Positions 40,046-50,480 of a DNA stretch of 64,000 nucleotides are shown one piece after another (position 1 is the first letter of the stretch; each line of letters begins with the position of its first letter). Source of the stretch: an uncultured Roseovarius sp. (GTDB taxonomy: Bacteria; Pseudomonadota; Alphaproteobacteria; Rhodobacterales; Rhodobacteraceae); the NCBI GenBank assembly GCA_963422235.2, contig CAXMWV010000001.1:174228-238227 (forward strand), in the 5' to 3' direction. A program made the position numbers and the translations under genes. The notes under the pieces were generated by a model. It was not told the origin of the DNA. It was given only the letters and a program-made list of their open reading frames with translations, and made no database searches.

Positions 40046-40675
40046 TCAACTAAGCCGCGGCGGTGGCGTGTAGCTGCCGCCGGGCCCGATGCTTTCATAC
40101 GTGCTGAAGTCCAACGCGAACTTCTTGCGCAATTTCTTCAGAGTTTTGTCCGACAAAGGCATCTCTTCAGGATCGGACGCGTTCACGCGCTCTGTCACGA
40201 TCTTCGTCTCTAAACGCTCTTCCAGAAACGCCTTAAGTCCCGCCTGATCATCATATCGAAAGAGATGCGTCACAGCTGACCCATTGCGCTGCGGCTCCAG
40301 AAACTTGGCCTGATTTCCGACCTTGGCAAAGGGCGGTTGATCGCCCCTACAATACGCGTCCACAAACGCGTCAAAAGTGACGTCCTTGGTGCTGGCCGGA
40401 CGCCCATCCAGGAAATCCCGCTTTCGGTACCTGTACCAACTGCCCAGCCAGTCCACCGGTTCTCGCATCACGGCCAGAACCGTCAGATCCTCACCGATGA
40501 ACTTCTCAAACGCCGGGCGAAAGAAGCGGGTATAGCGGAACACCGGCGCGTGTTTGAGCTCCGGCGGGTCGCGCAAAATCATCGTGGCGTGGGGTTCAAG
40601 CGCCAATTGGTAAGCCGTCGTGCCCGTTTTCGGTACCGACAAGAACACCAATTTTGCCTTTGAAAACACCAACAT
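40046..40675 (-). CDS. Sulfotransferase family protein
   Basis: 209 aa. N-terminal VPKTGTT resembles the PAPS 5'-phosphosulfate-binding loop. No further functional evidence. Confidence 0.55.
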   Translation of the reverse strand: MLVFSKAKLVFLSVPKTGTTAYQLALEPHATMILRDPPELKHAPVFRYTRFFRPAFEKFIGEDLTVLAVMREPVDWLGSWYRYRKRDFLDGRPASTKDVTFDAFVDAYCRGDQPPFAKVGNQAKFLEPQRNGSAVTHLFRYDDQAGLKAFLEERLETKIVTERVNASDPEEMPLSDKTLKKLRKKFALDFSTYESIGPGGSYTPPPRLS

Positions 40676-40803
40676 GCCGCGCGCAAATCCCGTGCACTTT
40701 CACTTTCCTCACACCTGTAAACTACTCTTTAACCTCTGTCAGAAAAAGGTAAGGCGTAGCAAATTTTTCTTGAATTGTTCTCCTTTTGTCTTCATAGAAA
40801 TTA

Positions 40804-40818
40804 GAACAAGAGGTGAAC
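40804..40818 (+). promoter_or_regulatory. Alphaproteobacterial-type LexA (SOS) box GAAC-N7-GAAC upstream of recA
   Basis: GAACAAGAGGTGAAC ends 53 nt upstream of the recA ATG. It matches the direct-repeat GAAC-N7-GAAC / GTTC-N7-GTTC consensus. Confidence 0.7.
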
Positions 40819-40870
40819 GAAAGCAGCGATTGCCGCCCGGGATGGGGTGTGGAATAAGAAAGGGAAAGTC

Positions 40871-41950
40871 ATGGCAACGGCAGAAATTCTGAACATGAGC
40901 GACAAAGCGAAAGCAGATAAACAAAAGGCGCTCGACAGCGCTCTGGCCCAGATTGAGCGTCAGTTTGGTCAAGGGTCCATCATGAAGCTGGGCGGCGACA
41001 ATCCGGTGAAGGATATTGAAGCCACATCTACCGGCTCCCTGGGTCTCGACATCGCGCTTGGCATCGGCGGCCTGCCGAAAGGCCGCATCGTCGAAATTTA
41101 TGGCCCGGAAAGCTCTGGCAAGACCACTCTGACGCTGCATTGCGTGGCGGAAGAGCAAAAGAAAGGCGGCGTGTGTGCCTTTGTGGACGCCGAGCACGCA
41201 CTTGATCCGGTCTACGCCCGCAAACTGGGTGTTGATCTCGACGAATTGCTGATTTCACAGCCCGACACGGGTGAACAGTCGCTTGAGATCGTGGACACGC
41301 TCGTCCGCTCTGGCGCGGTCAGCATGATCGTGGTCGATTCCGTCGCGGCCCTGACACCCAAGTCAGAGCTTGAAGGTGACATGGGCGACAGCAGCGTGGG
41401 CGTACAGGCCCGCCTGATGAGCAAAGCCATGCGCAAGTTGACCGGGTCGATCAACCGCAGCCAGTGCACCGTGATCTTCATCAACCAGATCCGCATGAAG
41501 ATCGGCGTCATGTTCGGCAGCCCCGAAACAACAACGGGTGGTAACGCGCTGAAATTCTACAGTTCTGTACGCATGGACATCCGCCGTATCGGCTCCATCA
41601 AGGACCGTGACGAGGTGGTGGGCAATGCCACCCGCGTCAAGGTGGTCAAGAACAAGGTCGCACCTCCCTTCAAGCAGGTGGAGTTCGACATCATGTATGG
41701 CGAAGGCATCTCCAAGACCGGTGAATTGCTGGACCTCGGCGTGAAGGCCGGCGTGGTGGAGAAATCCGGCAGCTGGTTCAGCTATGGCGACGAACGCATC
41801 GGCCAGGGCCGTGAGAATGCCAAGCAGTTCCTCAAGGACAATGACCGGATCGCGCTGGAAATCGAAGACAAGATCCGTGCCGCGCATGGTCTCGACTTTG
41901 ACTACGAAGGCGGGCCCGAGGATGACGGCGAAGATATCCTCGAAGGCTGA
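40871..41950 (+). CDS. recA: Recombinase RecA
   Basis: Walker [11 protein letters not shown]. Full-length RecA similarity. ATG at 40871. Confidence 0.95.
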   Translation: MATAEILNMSDKAKADKQKALDSALAQIERQFGQGSIMKLGGDNPVKDIEATSTGSLGLDIALGIGGLPKGRIVEIYGPESSGKTTLTLHCVAEEQKKGGVCAFVDAEHALDPVYARKLGVDLDELLISQPDTGEQSLEIVDTLVRSGAVSMIVVDSVAALTPKSELEGDMGDSSVGVQARLMSKAMRKLTGSINRSQCTVIFINQIRMKIGVMFGSPETTTGGNALKFYSSVRMDIRRIGSIKDRDEVVGNATRVKVVKNKVAPPFKQVEFDIMYGEGISKTGELLDLGVKAGVVEKSGSWFSYGDERIGQGRENAKQFLKDNDRIALEIEDKIRAAHGLDFDYEGGPEDDGEDILEG

Positions 41951-41963
41951 TCCTTAGATCAAA

Positions 41964-41994
41964 CTGCGCGCCCACCACCGGGTGCGCAGCTTTT
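41964..41994 (+). terminator. Rho-independent terminator of recA
   Basis: Stem CTGCGCGCCC / GGGTGCGCAG (one G-U pair), 6-nt loop, then CTTTT. Confidence 0.7.
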
Positions 41995-42237
41995 CACGAC
42001 CCCGCCCCGCCGTTTTGGTGTTCTTCAGAGCTATGGAAGGCGCAAAACAGTCGGGGCGGTTTTCGTTTTGCCACGTGTTTCATGCCGCAAGTGAGGCACA
42101 TTCTTGCGGCAAAGACGAATGCGCCTAGCTTACACAATCATTGGCCTATGCCCTGTGGACACCTGCCTGCCACAAGGCTACATCGTCGGGACATTTCCAT
42201 TCGCCCGCCGCTCACCAGACACGACCAGGCCAAACCC

Positions 42238-44907
42238 ATGCCCACGCTCAACGAAATACGCTCAACCTTCCTGAACTTCTTTGACCACAACGATCATGAG
42301 GTCGTGGCCAGTTCTCCGCTGGTGCCGCGCAATGATCCCACTTTGATGTTCACCAATTCCGGCATGGTGCAGTTCAAGAACCTCTTCACCGGGGTGGAGC
42401 ATCGCGATTACAGACGCGCAACCACATCCCAGAAATGCGTGCGTGCGGGTGGCAAGCACAACGACCTCGACAATGTGGGCTACACCGCTCGCCACCACAC
42501 GTTCTTTGAGATGCTGGGCAATTTCAGCTTCGGCGACTACTTCAAAGAAGACGCCATTCCTTTTGCGTGGGACCTGCTGACCAAGGATTTCGAGCTCGAC
42601 AAGTCGAAGCTGCTGGTCACTGTCTACCACACCGACGAAGAAGCCGCCGACATCTGGAAAAAGCACGCGGGCCTCCCGGATGAGCGTATCATCCGAATCG
42701 CCACGGATGACAATTTCTGGTCCATGGGGCCCACGGGTCCCTGCGGTCCATGCACTGAGGTCTTCTATGATCACGGGCCGGAAATTTGGGGCGGGCCACC
42801 CGGCAGCCCGGAAGAGGATGGCGACCGGTTTATCGAGATCTGGAATCTCGTTTTCATGCAGAACGAACGTTTCGAAGATGGCTCAATGATTGACCTGGAC
42901 ATGCAGTCCATCGACACTGGCATGGGGCTGGAACGCATTGGCGCGCTGCTGCAGGGCAAGCATGACAATTACGACACCGACCTCATGCGCCACCTGATCG
43001 AGGCCTCGGCCCATGCCACAAGCCAGGACCCGGACGGCCCCGGCAATGTGCATCACCGTGTCATCGCCGATCACCTGCGCTCTTGTTCCTTCCTGATCGC
43101 CGACGGTGTGATGCCGTCCAACGAAGGACGCGGCTACGTATTGCGCCGGATCATGCGGCGCGCCATGCGCCATGCTCATCTTCTGGGCTCGAAGGACCCG
43201 GTCATGCACCGCCTTGTGCCCGCGCTGGTCCAGCAAATGGGACAAGCGTTCCCAGAACTCGGTCAGGCGCAGGCGTTGATCGAAGAAACGCTCAAACTGG
43301 AAGAGACCCGCTTCAAGCAGACGTTGGATCGCGGCCTCAACCTGCTCGATGAAGAGCTACTGAATCTGCCGGACGGCACTGCCCTGCCCGGCCAAACGGC
43401 GTTCAAGCTTTACGACACCTACGGCTTCCCCCTCGACCTGACCCAGGATGCGCTGCGTGAAAAGGGTCTCGAAGTGGACGTTGCAGGCTTTGATGACGCC
43501 ATGGCCGAACAAAAGGCCAAGGCCCGTGCGGCTTGGTCCGGTTCGGGCGAAGCGGCGGATGCCACGGTCTGGTTCGACATCGCAGAAAAGCACGGCTCGA
43601 CAGATTTCTTGGGCTACGACACCGAAACGGCCGAAGGTCAGATCGTGACCATGGTGATTGACGGCGCCGAGGTTGCAAACGCCAAAACCGGCGATGCGGT
43701 GCAAATCGTGATGAACCAGACGCCATTTTATGGCGAATCCGGTGGCCAGGTGGGCGACACCGGAACCCTGTCGACGGACGCGGCCAAGGCAAAAATCACC
43801 GACACACGCAAAACGAACGGTGTGTTCATCCATGTGGCCGAAGTCACTGAAGGCACGCTTGCGTCCGGGGACGCGGCCAAACTCGAGGTCGACCACGCGC
43901 GCCGCAGTGCGATCCGAGCCAACCACTCAGCCACGCACCTTCTGCATGAGGCGTTGCGCAATGCGCTTGGCGATCACGTGGCGCAGCGCGGCTCTCTCAA
44001 CGCGCCGGATCGGTTGCGGTTTGATTTCAGTCATTCCAAGGCGCTGAGCCTGGAAGAGCTGCAGCAGGTTGAGGCCGATGTGAACGCCTATATCCGCCAG
44101 AACGACAGCGTCGAAACCCGGATCATGACGCCGGATGATGCTCGTGAGATCGGGGCGCAGGCGCTTTTCGGCGAAAAATACGGCGACGAGGTGCGTGTTG
44201 TCTCCATGGGGCGCGAAGCGGGCTCGGGCAAGGGCCTCGACGGAGAGACCTATTCGCTGGAACTTTGCGGGGGCACGCATGTGCGCCAAACGGGCGACAT
44301 CGGCGTGTTCGTCACCCTCGGCGATGCCGCGTCCAGCTCCGGCGTGCGCCGGATCGAGGCGCTGACCGGGAAAGCGGCGTTTGATTACCTTTCCGGCCAG
44401 GATCACCTGCTGGCCGAAACGGCCTCTGTTCTCAAAGCACAAGCCACGGATGTGCCTGCCCGGGTCAAGGCCCTTTTGGATGAACGCAAGGCGATGAACG
44501 CGGAGCTGGCCCAGCTGCGCCGTGATCTCGCCATGGCGGGTGGCGCCTCTGACACCGGCGATGGCTCTGAGACCAAAGATCTGGGCGGCGTGCCGTTTCT
44601 TGCGCAAGTCCTGTCCGGGGTGTCCGGCAAGGACCTGCCCCCCCTGATCGACGAACATAAATCGCGCCTTGGCAGCGGTGCCATCCTTCTGATTGCCGAT
44701 GCAGGTGGCAAGGCAGCGGTGGCTGCTGGCGTCACAGAAGACTTGACGGGTCGCGTCTCGGCGGTTGATCTGGTCAAAGCGGCAGTGCCGCATCTGAGCG
44801 GCAAGGGCGGCGGAGGACGCCCCGACATGGCGCAGGGCGGCGGCAAAGACGTGGAAAACGCAAGCGCTGCGATCGAGGCTGCAGAGCAGGTGATTTTGAC
44901 GGGCTAA
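42238..44907 (+). CDS. alaS: Alanine--tRNA ligase
   Basis: [23 protein letters not shown] and [18 protein letters not shown] motifs. 889 aa from the ATG at 42238. Confidence 0.95.
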   Translation: MPTLNEIRSTFLNFFDHNDHEVVASSPLVPRNDPTLMFTNSGMVQFKNLFTGVEHRDYRRATTSQKCVRAGGKHNDLDNVGYTARHHTFFEMLGNFSFGDYFKEDAIPFAWDLLTKDFELDKSKLLVTVYHTDEEAADIWKKHAGLPDERIIRIATDDNFWSMGPTGPCGPCTEVFYDHGPEIWGGPPGSPEEDGDRFIEIWNLVFMQNERFEDGSMIDLDMQSIDTGMGLERIGALLQGKHDNYDTDLMRHLIEASAHATSQDPDGPGNVHHRVIADHLRSCSFLIADGVMPSNEGRGYVLRRIMRRAMRHAHLLGSKDPVMHRLVPALVQQMGQAFPELGQAQALIEETLKLEETRFKQTLDRGLNLLDEELLNLPDGTALPGQTAFKLYDTYGFPLDLTQDALREKGLEVDVAGFDDAMAEQKAKARAAWSGSGEAADATVWFDIAEKHGSTDFLGYDTETAEGQIVTMVIDGAEVANAKTGDAVQIVMNQTPFYGESGGQVGDTGTLSTDAAKAKITDTRKTNGVFIHVAEVTEGTLASGDAAKLEVDHARRSAIRANHSATHLLHEALRNALGDHVAQRGSLNAPDRLRFDFSHSKALSLEELQQVEADVNAYIRQNDSVETRIMTPDDAREIGAQALFGEKYGDEVRVVSMGREAGSGKGLDGETYSLELCGGTHVRQTGDIGVFVTLGDAASSSGVRRIEALTGKAAFDYLSGQDHLLAETASVLKAQATDVPARVKALLDERKAMNAELAQLRRDLAMAGGASDTGDGSETKDLGGVPFLAQVLSGVSGKDLPPLIDEHKSRLGSGAILLIADAGGKAAVAAGVTEDLTGRVSAVDLVKAAVPHLSGKGGGGRPDMAQGGGKDVENASAAIEAAEQVILTG

Positions 44908-44921
44908 GGGAGAGCCTCGCA

Positions 44922-45206
44922 ATGACAGCCTATGTGATCGCCCGGATCAATGTCACCGATCCGGAAGACTATCAGACCTATGCCAGCCAAACCGTTGCCT
45001 CCGCCGAACGCGCAGGCGGTCGGTTTCTTGTGAAAGGCGGGACGCAAACGCAGCTTGAAGGCAACAGCCCGGGGCGTCACGTGATCATTGAGTTCCCGGA
45101 TCATCAGGCCGCGCTCGACTGGTACGACTCGGATGATTACCGCCGCATTCTGCCCATTGCTCTATCGAGCAGTGAGCGTGATATCGTCGTGGTCGACGGT
45201 TTTTGA
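44922..45206 (+). CDS. DUF1330 domain protein
   Basis: 94 aa. MTAYVIARINVTDPEDYQTYA pattern of the DUF1330 (dimeric alpha/beta barrel-like) family. Confidence 0.7.
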   Translation: MTAYVIARINVTDPEDYQTYASQTVASAERAGGRFLVKGGTQTQLEGNSPGRHVIIEFPDHQAALDWYDSDDYRRILPIALSSSERDIVVVDGF

Positions 45207-45218
45207 AGGAGACGCCCC

Positions 45219-45506
45219 ATGCCAGCCCTATGGATTGCCCATGTCAACGTGACCGATGAAGAGGCCTATGGCCGCTATGCCAAACTGGCCGGCCCTGCGA
45301 TCGAAGCCCATGGCGGATACTTCATCGCCCGGGCCAGCCGGTACGTGCAGCTGGAGGGCACAGATCGTCCTCGCAACGTGGTGGCAAAGTTCCCATCCGT
45401 CGAGGCCGCAGAAAGCTGCTATCACTCCGATGCCTATCAAGAGGCCCTCTCCCACGCGCGCGACGCGGCGGAGCGGGAGCTGGTCATCGTCGAAACAACG
45501 GAGTGA
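45219..45506 (+). CDS. DUF1330 domain protein (tandem paralog)
   Basis: 95 aa. ALWIAHVNVTDEEAYGRYA has the same pattern as the preceding ORF. Confidence 0.7.
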   Translation: MPALWIAHVNVTDEEAYGRYAKLAGPAIEAHGGYFIARASRYVQLEGTDRPRNVVAKFPSVEAAESCYHSDAYQEALSHARDAAERELVIVETTE

Positions 45507-45842
45507 CCTTAGGTCTGGCTGGTGATAACTGTCTCGCCTCAGGAAACAGTCTTTCGGTTAAGTTGCTCATTTTACGGCGCGAATCGCCCCGAGGCTGAGC
45601 GTTTTCAGTTTCAATACAAAATCATCGAATTGGTTAATTTGTTTCGCGTTCATGGACATTCACGTTTACCGGTCTTTGAGGCGTTGAATCTTCACGCGTC
45701 CGTGAGGTCACAAAAATGCCTTGTTTCAAAGGGTTTACGCGAGTGGGTCAAAAATTTTCCCCAGTTATTAACCAGTCAATTGTGCAAGATTCCGCCTAAA
45801 TGGGGTACCAATGGAACACTGTTAACCCGGAGGGAAAAAGTA

Positions 45843-46115
45843 ATGAAGACAACACTTTTCGTGACCGCTGCTGCCGTAGCCGCTCTTTTCAGCGCACCTG
45901 CGATGGCATGGGAAGGTCAGAAAGTCGCCTGCTATGACAAGCATTGGGTGCCTGCGACCTACACAACAACCAAAACGCTGAAGCACGCCGCTCGTACCGA
46001 GTGGGAGCATCATGGCGATCAGGTTGTGAAAGTGTACTACGCACCGATGTATATCGAGCACAAGCACCTGGACAAAAAAGGTCACTACGTGCTGCGTCAA
46101 GCGCCGTGCGATTGA
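45843..46115 (+). CDS. Small secreted two-cysteine protein, hypothetical (paralog A)
   Basis: Signal peptide MKTTLFVTAAAVAALFSAPAMA. RBS GGAGGG. Mature part of about 68 aa with Cys near the N-terminus and a terminal Cys-Asp. Confidence 0.7.
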   Translation: MKTTLFVTAAAVAALFSAPAMAWEGQKVACYDKHWVPATYTTTKTLKHAARTEWEHHGDQVVKVYYAPMYIEHKHLDKKGHYVLRQAPCD

Positions 46116-46136
46116 TCAAACCCAAATAATCAGCAA

Positions 46137-46170
46137 AAGACCCGGCCCTCATCCGCCGGGTCTTTTCAAT
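46137..46170 (+). terminator. Rho-independent terminator
   Basis: Stem AAGACCCGG / CCGGGTCTT with a 10-nt loop, followed by a T-rich stretch (TTTTCAATTTTT). Confidence 0.75.
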
Positions 46171-46270
46171 TTTTAGCAAATGAATTTCACATTCTTTACA
46201 TCCGCTGACCCCAATTTTGCCACGGGACTCTGCGAAGCCCTGACCAGGTTTCATTTTTGGAGTCGAGCAA

Positions 46271-46555
46271 ATGAATGTGAAGTACCTATCTTTGGCCGCT
46301 GTTGTTGCGGTTGCTATGCCTGTCGGAACACCTGTTCAGGCTGGCGAAGGACAGCCCCGTCTTCTGGGCTGCTATCAGCGGGCTCTCGTCCCGGCTGAAT
46401 ACGACATCAAGAAAACGTTGGTCAAAAAGGCCGAGCGCAAATACGTCAAGCGCAACGGTCGCTATGAGCTTCTTGAGTATCCAGCCGTTTACCAAGAGCA
46501 CAAGACGCTGATCCGTGGTGAATACTACGTGATGCAAGAAATCGAGTGCGACTGA
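46271..46555 (+). CDS. Small secreted two-cysteine protein, hypothetical (paralog B)
   Basis: Signal peptide ending PVQA. Shares EGQ...CY...VPA.Y...KTL...Y....Y.EHK.L...G.YV..Q..CD with paralog A. Confidence 0.7.
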   Translation: MNVKYLSLAAVVAVAMPVGTPVQAGEGQPRLLGCYQRALVPAEYDIKKTLVKKAERKYVKRNGRYELLEYPAVYQEHKTLIRGEYYVMQEIECD

Positions 46556-46580
46556 CCGCAATCGACTGATCTTTCAATCG

Positions 46581-46614
46581 GGCCGCATCATGCGGCCTGA
46601 CTGTGTTTTTGTTT
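46581..46614 (+). terminator. Possible terminator hairpin between the convergent small-protein gene and typA
   Basis: GGCCGCA-TCA-TGCGGCC stem-loop, then a T-rich run 8 nt later. The geometry is not ideal. Confidence 0.4.
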
Positions 46615-48433
46615 AAGACGCTTTGGCCTGCCGCTTACGCTCGTGCGGGTCCAGATACCTTTTGCGCAACCGCAACGAGGACGGGGTCACCTCTACCAGT
46701 TCGTCGTCGTTGATATAGGCAATCGCCTCTTCCAGACTGAATTGCACATGCGGGGTCAAACGCACGGCTTCATCCGAACCGGACGCGCGTACGTTGGTCA
46801 GTTTCTTGCCCTTGAGCGGGTTCACCTCAAGATCATTGTCGCGGCTGTGCTCCCCGATGATCATGCCCTGATAGATCGGCGTCTGCGGGCCGATGAACAT
46901 GCGTCCGCGATCTTCAAGGTTCCAAAGCGCATAGGCCACGGCCTCCCCCTGCTCCATCGAAATCAGCACACCTGCACGGCGCCCAGGGATCGGGCCTTTG
47001 TGAGGGGCCCAACTGTGGAAGACGCGGTTGAGCACGCCCGTGCCGCGCGTGTCGGTCAGAAACTCGCCGTGATAGCCAATCAACCCGCGCGACGGGACCA
47101 GCGCCACGATGCGCGTCTTGCCAGAGCCCGCAGGCTTCATCTCGGTCATCTCGCCTTTGCGCGCGCCCGTGATCTTTTCGATCACCGCGCCAGAGTAGTC
47201 ATCATCGACGTCGATCGTGACCTCTTCGATAGGCTCCAACGTGCTTCCGTTTTCATCTTCGCGCAACAGGACCTGAGGGCGTGAAATGGACAGCTCAAAC
47301 CCTTCGCGGCGCATGTTTTCGATCAGAACACCCATTTGCAATTCGCCTCGGCCTGAAACGTCGAACGCCTCACCACCAGGTGTGTCCGCAACTCGGATTG
47401 CCACGTTGGACTCGGCCTCTTTCATCAGCCGGTCGCGGATCACGCGGGATTGCACTTTCTTTCCGTCGCGGCCCGCAAAAGGCGCGTCATTGATGCCGAA
47501 CGTCACTGAAATCGTCGGTGGGTCAATGGGTTGCGCTTCCAGCGGTGTATCCACGGCCAAGGCGCAGATCGTGTCGGCCACGGTCGATTTGGACATGCCC
47601 GCCAAGGTCACGATGTCGCCGGCCTCGGCCTCCGTCAGGTCCTGCATGGTCAATCCGCGGAAAGCCTGAATACGGGTAACGCGGAACTGTTCGATCTTTT
47701 GGCCGACGCGAGAGAGCGCCTGCACCGTCGCACCCACCTTGATGCGTCCCGCTTCGACGCGCCCGGTCAGGATACGCCCAACAAACGGGTCCGCGCCAAG
47801 GGTTACGGCCAACATGGAAAAGTCCTCGTCCACACGCGCCATCTGGCGCGGCGCGGGCACGTGATTGACGATCAGGTCAAAGAGCGCAGACAGATCCTTG
47901 CGCGGCCCGTCCAGTTCATGATCGGCCCAGCCCGACCGGCCAGAGGCGTACATGTGTGGGAAGTCGAGTTGATCTTCATTGGCATCAAGGGCCGCGAAGA
48001 GGTCAAAGCATTCATCCAGCGCGCGGTCCGGCTCCGCATCCGGCTTGTCGACCTTGTTGAGCACCACGATTGGGCGCAAGCCAAGCGCGAGGGCCTTGGA
48101 CGTCACGAACTTCGTCTGCGGCATCGGGCCTTCGGCGGCATCGACCAACAAGACGACGCCATCGACCATGCTCAGAATGCGCTCCACTTCGCCGCCAAAG
48201 TCGGCGTGGCCGGGGGTGTCCACGATGTTGATACGCGTGGATTTCCACTCAACCGAGGTTGCCTTGGCCAGAATCGTGATCCCGCGCTCACGCTCCAGAT
48301 CATTGCTGTCCATGGCGCGTTCATCCACGGCCTGATTGGCCCGGAATGCCCCGGATTGCTTTAGCAATTCGTCCACCAAGGTGGTTTTGCCGTGGTCCAC
48401 ATGGGCGATGATCGCAATATTGCGCAGGTCCAT
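46613..48433 (-). CDS. typA: Translational GTPase TypA/BipA
   Basis: [18 protein letters not shown]1 motif and an EF-G-like domain order. 606 aa from the ATG at 48433. Confidence 0.93.
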   Translation of the reverse strand: MDLRNIAIIAHVDHGKTTLVDELLKQSGAFRANQAVDERAMDSNDLERERGITILAKATSVEWKSTRINIVDTPGHADFGGEVERILSMVDGVVLLVDAAEGPMPQTKFVTSKALALGLRPIVVLNKVDKPDAEPDRALDECFDLFAALDANEDQLDFPHMYASGRSGWADHELDGPRKDLSALFDLIVNHVPAPRQMARVDEDFSMLAVTLGADPFVGRILTGRVEAGRIKVGATVQALSRVGQKIEQFRVTRIQAFRGLTMQDLTEAEAGDIVTLAGMSKSTVADTICALAVDTPLEAQPIDPPTISVTFGINDAPFAGRDGKKVQSRVIRDRLMKEAESNVAIRVADTPGGEAFDVSGRGELQMGVLIENMRREGFELSISRPQVLLREDENGSTLEPIEEVTIDVDDDYSGAVIEKITGARKGEMTEMKPAGSGKTRIVALVPSRGLIGYHGEFLTDTRGTGVLNRVFHSWAPHKGPIPGRRAGVLISMEQGEAVAYALWNLEDRGRMFIGPQTPIYQGMIIGEHSRDNDLEVNPLKGKKLTNVRASGSDEAVRLTPHVQFSLEEAIAYINDDELVEVTPSSLRLRKRYLDPHERKRQAKAS

Positions 48434-48524
48434 TTTACTGCTCTCCGGGATTGGTTGGGCGCGGCTTAACGGCCCGCGCCGCATTTGGCCAGAGGGAAAG
48501 CGTCAGAGTGGAAGCGTTATGTCC

Positions 48525-50480
48525 TCAAGAGGCGCGGGACTGCGAGGCCATCTGGGTTTGCACCGTTTCGACCAGTTCCGTCAGCGAGAACGGCTTGGGC
48601 AGGAAAACCGAAGGCCCGTTGGCCGCATCCGCATCCCCAACAGCATCCGCCGCATAGCCCGACACGAAAACCACGCGGACATCTGGCCGGGTTTTGCGCG
48701 CCTCAGCCACCCAGGTTGGGCCGTCCATGCCCGGCATCACCACATCGGTGACAATCACATCGATCCGCAAGGTGTCATCGTCCAGCTGTTCCAAGGCCTC
48801 TTCGCCACTGGCCGCCTCAATCACTGACATGCCCCGCATCTTCAACGCACGGCACGCGAAAGCTCGCACCGGCGCCTCGTCTTCCACCAGCATGACAACG
48901 CCGTCACTGCGTCCCACGCTCAGCGCGCCAGGGACTTTCTCTGTCGCATGTTCAACCGCTCCGTCATGGGCCGGAAGGTAGATCTTGAACTCCGCCCCTT
49001 TCCCAGGGTGACTGTCCGCGAAAATGAATCCACCGGTCTGTTTGACGATGCCATAGGCGGTGGACAGCCCCAGCCCTGTGCCCTCACCTTGTTTTTTCGA
49101 CGTGTAGAACGGCTCAAATACCTTTTCCAGCTTGCCCGGGTCGATCCCTACGCCTTGGTCTTTGACGCTGACCACAACATAGCGCCCAGGTGCCACGGTG
49201 GCCCGGTCACGTTTGAGCGGCTCTGTCAGGTCGAGGTTTTCCGTGCGGATTGTGATCTCGCCCCCATCAGGCATCGCATCGCGCCCATTGACGACAAGAT
49301 TCATCAACACCTGTTCCAACTGCCGTTTGTCGGCGCGCACAAGCCAAAGGTCCGGATCGTGGCGCAGCGTCAAACGCACTTTCTCACCGACGAGCCGGTT
49401 CAGCAGGTGGGTCACGTCCGCCAACATGTCGCGCAAATTCATGATCTCTGGCCGCAGCATCTGCTTGCGTGAATAGGCCAGCAATTGCCCCACAAGGGCC
49501 GCGGCGCGGTTTGCATTCTGACTGATCTGCATCAGATCCGGATAGGTTGGATCATCAACGCCGTATCGCATGAGAAGAAGATCGCAATGCCCCGAAATCG
49601 CAGTCAAAAGATTGTTGAAATCATGCGCCACACCGCCTGCGAGCTGACCGATGGCCTGCATCTTTTGGCTTTGCACAAACTGCAGTTCCAAAGATTTGAG
49701 TTTGGTCACATCCTGCAGCACCGCGATGACCGCCGTCTTGCCCTTGTCACGGACGGGGTTCAGGGCCACCTGAACGAAGACATCCTTGTCCTTGCGCCGC
49801 ATCTGCAGGGTTTCGGGTTGCACCGTGCCGCGCCCCTCGGCGGCGTCGCGCACCCAGTCGGCAATTGGACGCCCCGGCCCCTCCATTAAATCCGACAAGC
49901 GCCGTCCAGCACCGCTTTCCACATCAAGAATGGTCCGGGCAGACGGGTTTGAAAGCTCAATCACCCCATTCGAGGACAGCCGCAACAACGCCACCGGCAA
50001 CTCATCCAACAAAGCCCATGTATCCGGTTTGGCGGCGAGAACATCCGTCGCCGGCAGCAGCGTGACATGTGACGCCTGCGGGCCTGCATCCACCGCGTGG
50101 ACAAAACAGCGGACGACCCCGTCTTCCGTGCGAACATCGTTGAATTGCCCCAGTTTCAGAGGCGGTTTCGCGCAGAAAAGGCCCACCATGTCTGCGTTTT
50201 TTCCCAACAGTCGGCGCGCTGCCGCGTTGGCGTCCAGAACCGTGTCATCGGCCCCAATCCGCAGGGTAGGCAAATCAAGCACATCCTGGTCTCGGGGGCG
50301 TGCTTGCTCTTCCACACGCCAAACTATTGCGTTTCGCCTAAGAGGCACCGCCGTGAGCACAAGATCACTGCTCAGACGTTTTGCTCTGCGGCGGGACGGC
50401 TGGGCTTGGCGAAGCTCCGTAAACATGGGCTCCAACAGGCTATCGGGATCGGCGACTTCCCCCCCTATCACATCACGCAA
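48525..50480 (-). CDS. Hybrid sensor histidine kinase/response regulator, CckA-like (PAS-HisKA-HATPase-REC), lacking its N-terminus in this frame
   Basis: H-box GGVAHDFNNLLTAI. ATPase boxes DQGVGI and GTGLGLS. C-terminal receiver VLVEDE...TDVVMPGMDG...KPF. The frame is open upstream of the nominal TTG start. Confidence 0.85.
   Translation of the reverse strand: MRDVIGGEVADPDSLLEPMFTELRQAQPSRRRAKRLSSDLVLTAVPLRRNAIVWRVEEQARPRDQDVLDLPTLRIGADDTVLDANAAARRLLGKNADMVGLFCAKPPLKLGQFNDVRTEDGVVRCFVHAVDAGPQASHVTLLPATDVLAAKPDTWALLDELPVALLRLSSNGVIELSNPSARTILDVESGAGRRLSDLMEGPGRPIADWVRDAAEGRGTVQPETLQMRRKDKDVFVQVALNPVRDKGKTAVIAVLQDVTKLKSLELQFVQSQKMQAIGQLAGGVAHDFNNLLTAISGHCDLLLMRYGVDDPTYPDLMQISQNANRAAALVGQLLAYSRKQMLRPEIMNLRDMLADVTHLLNRLVGEKVRLTLRHDPDLWLVRADKRQLEQVLMNLVVNGRDAMPDGGEITIRTENLDLTEPLKRDRATVAPGRYVVVSVKDQGVGIDPGKLEKVFEPFYTSKKQGEGTGLGLSTAYGIVKQTGGFIFADSHPGKGAEFKIYLPAHDGAVEHATEKVPGALSVGRSDGVVMLVEDEAPVRAFACRALKMRGMSVIEAASGEEALEQLDDDTLRIDVIVTDVVMPGMDGPTWVAEARKTRPDVRVVFVSGYAADAVGDADAANGPSVFLPKPFSLTELVETVQTQMASQSRAS

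Noticed and set aside
43927-44922. A 331-aa minus-strand ORF inside alaS, with similar shadows at 28054-28923, 51611-52561, 8621-9304 and 57952-58725
   Set aside because: These are antisense to genes with unambiguous motifs, and none shows a recognisable domain of its own.
45768-45782. A possible CtrA box upstream of the first small secreted protein gene (TTAACCAGTCAATTG)
   Set aside because: Only the first half-site matches. The second half is ATTG, not TTAA.
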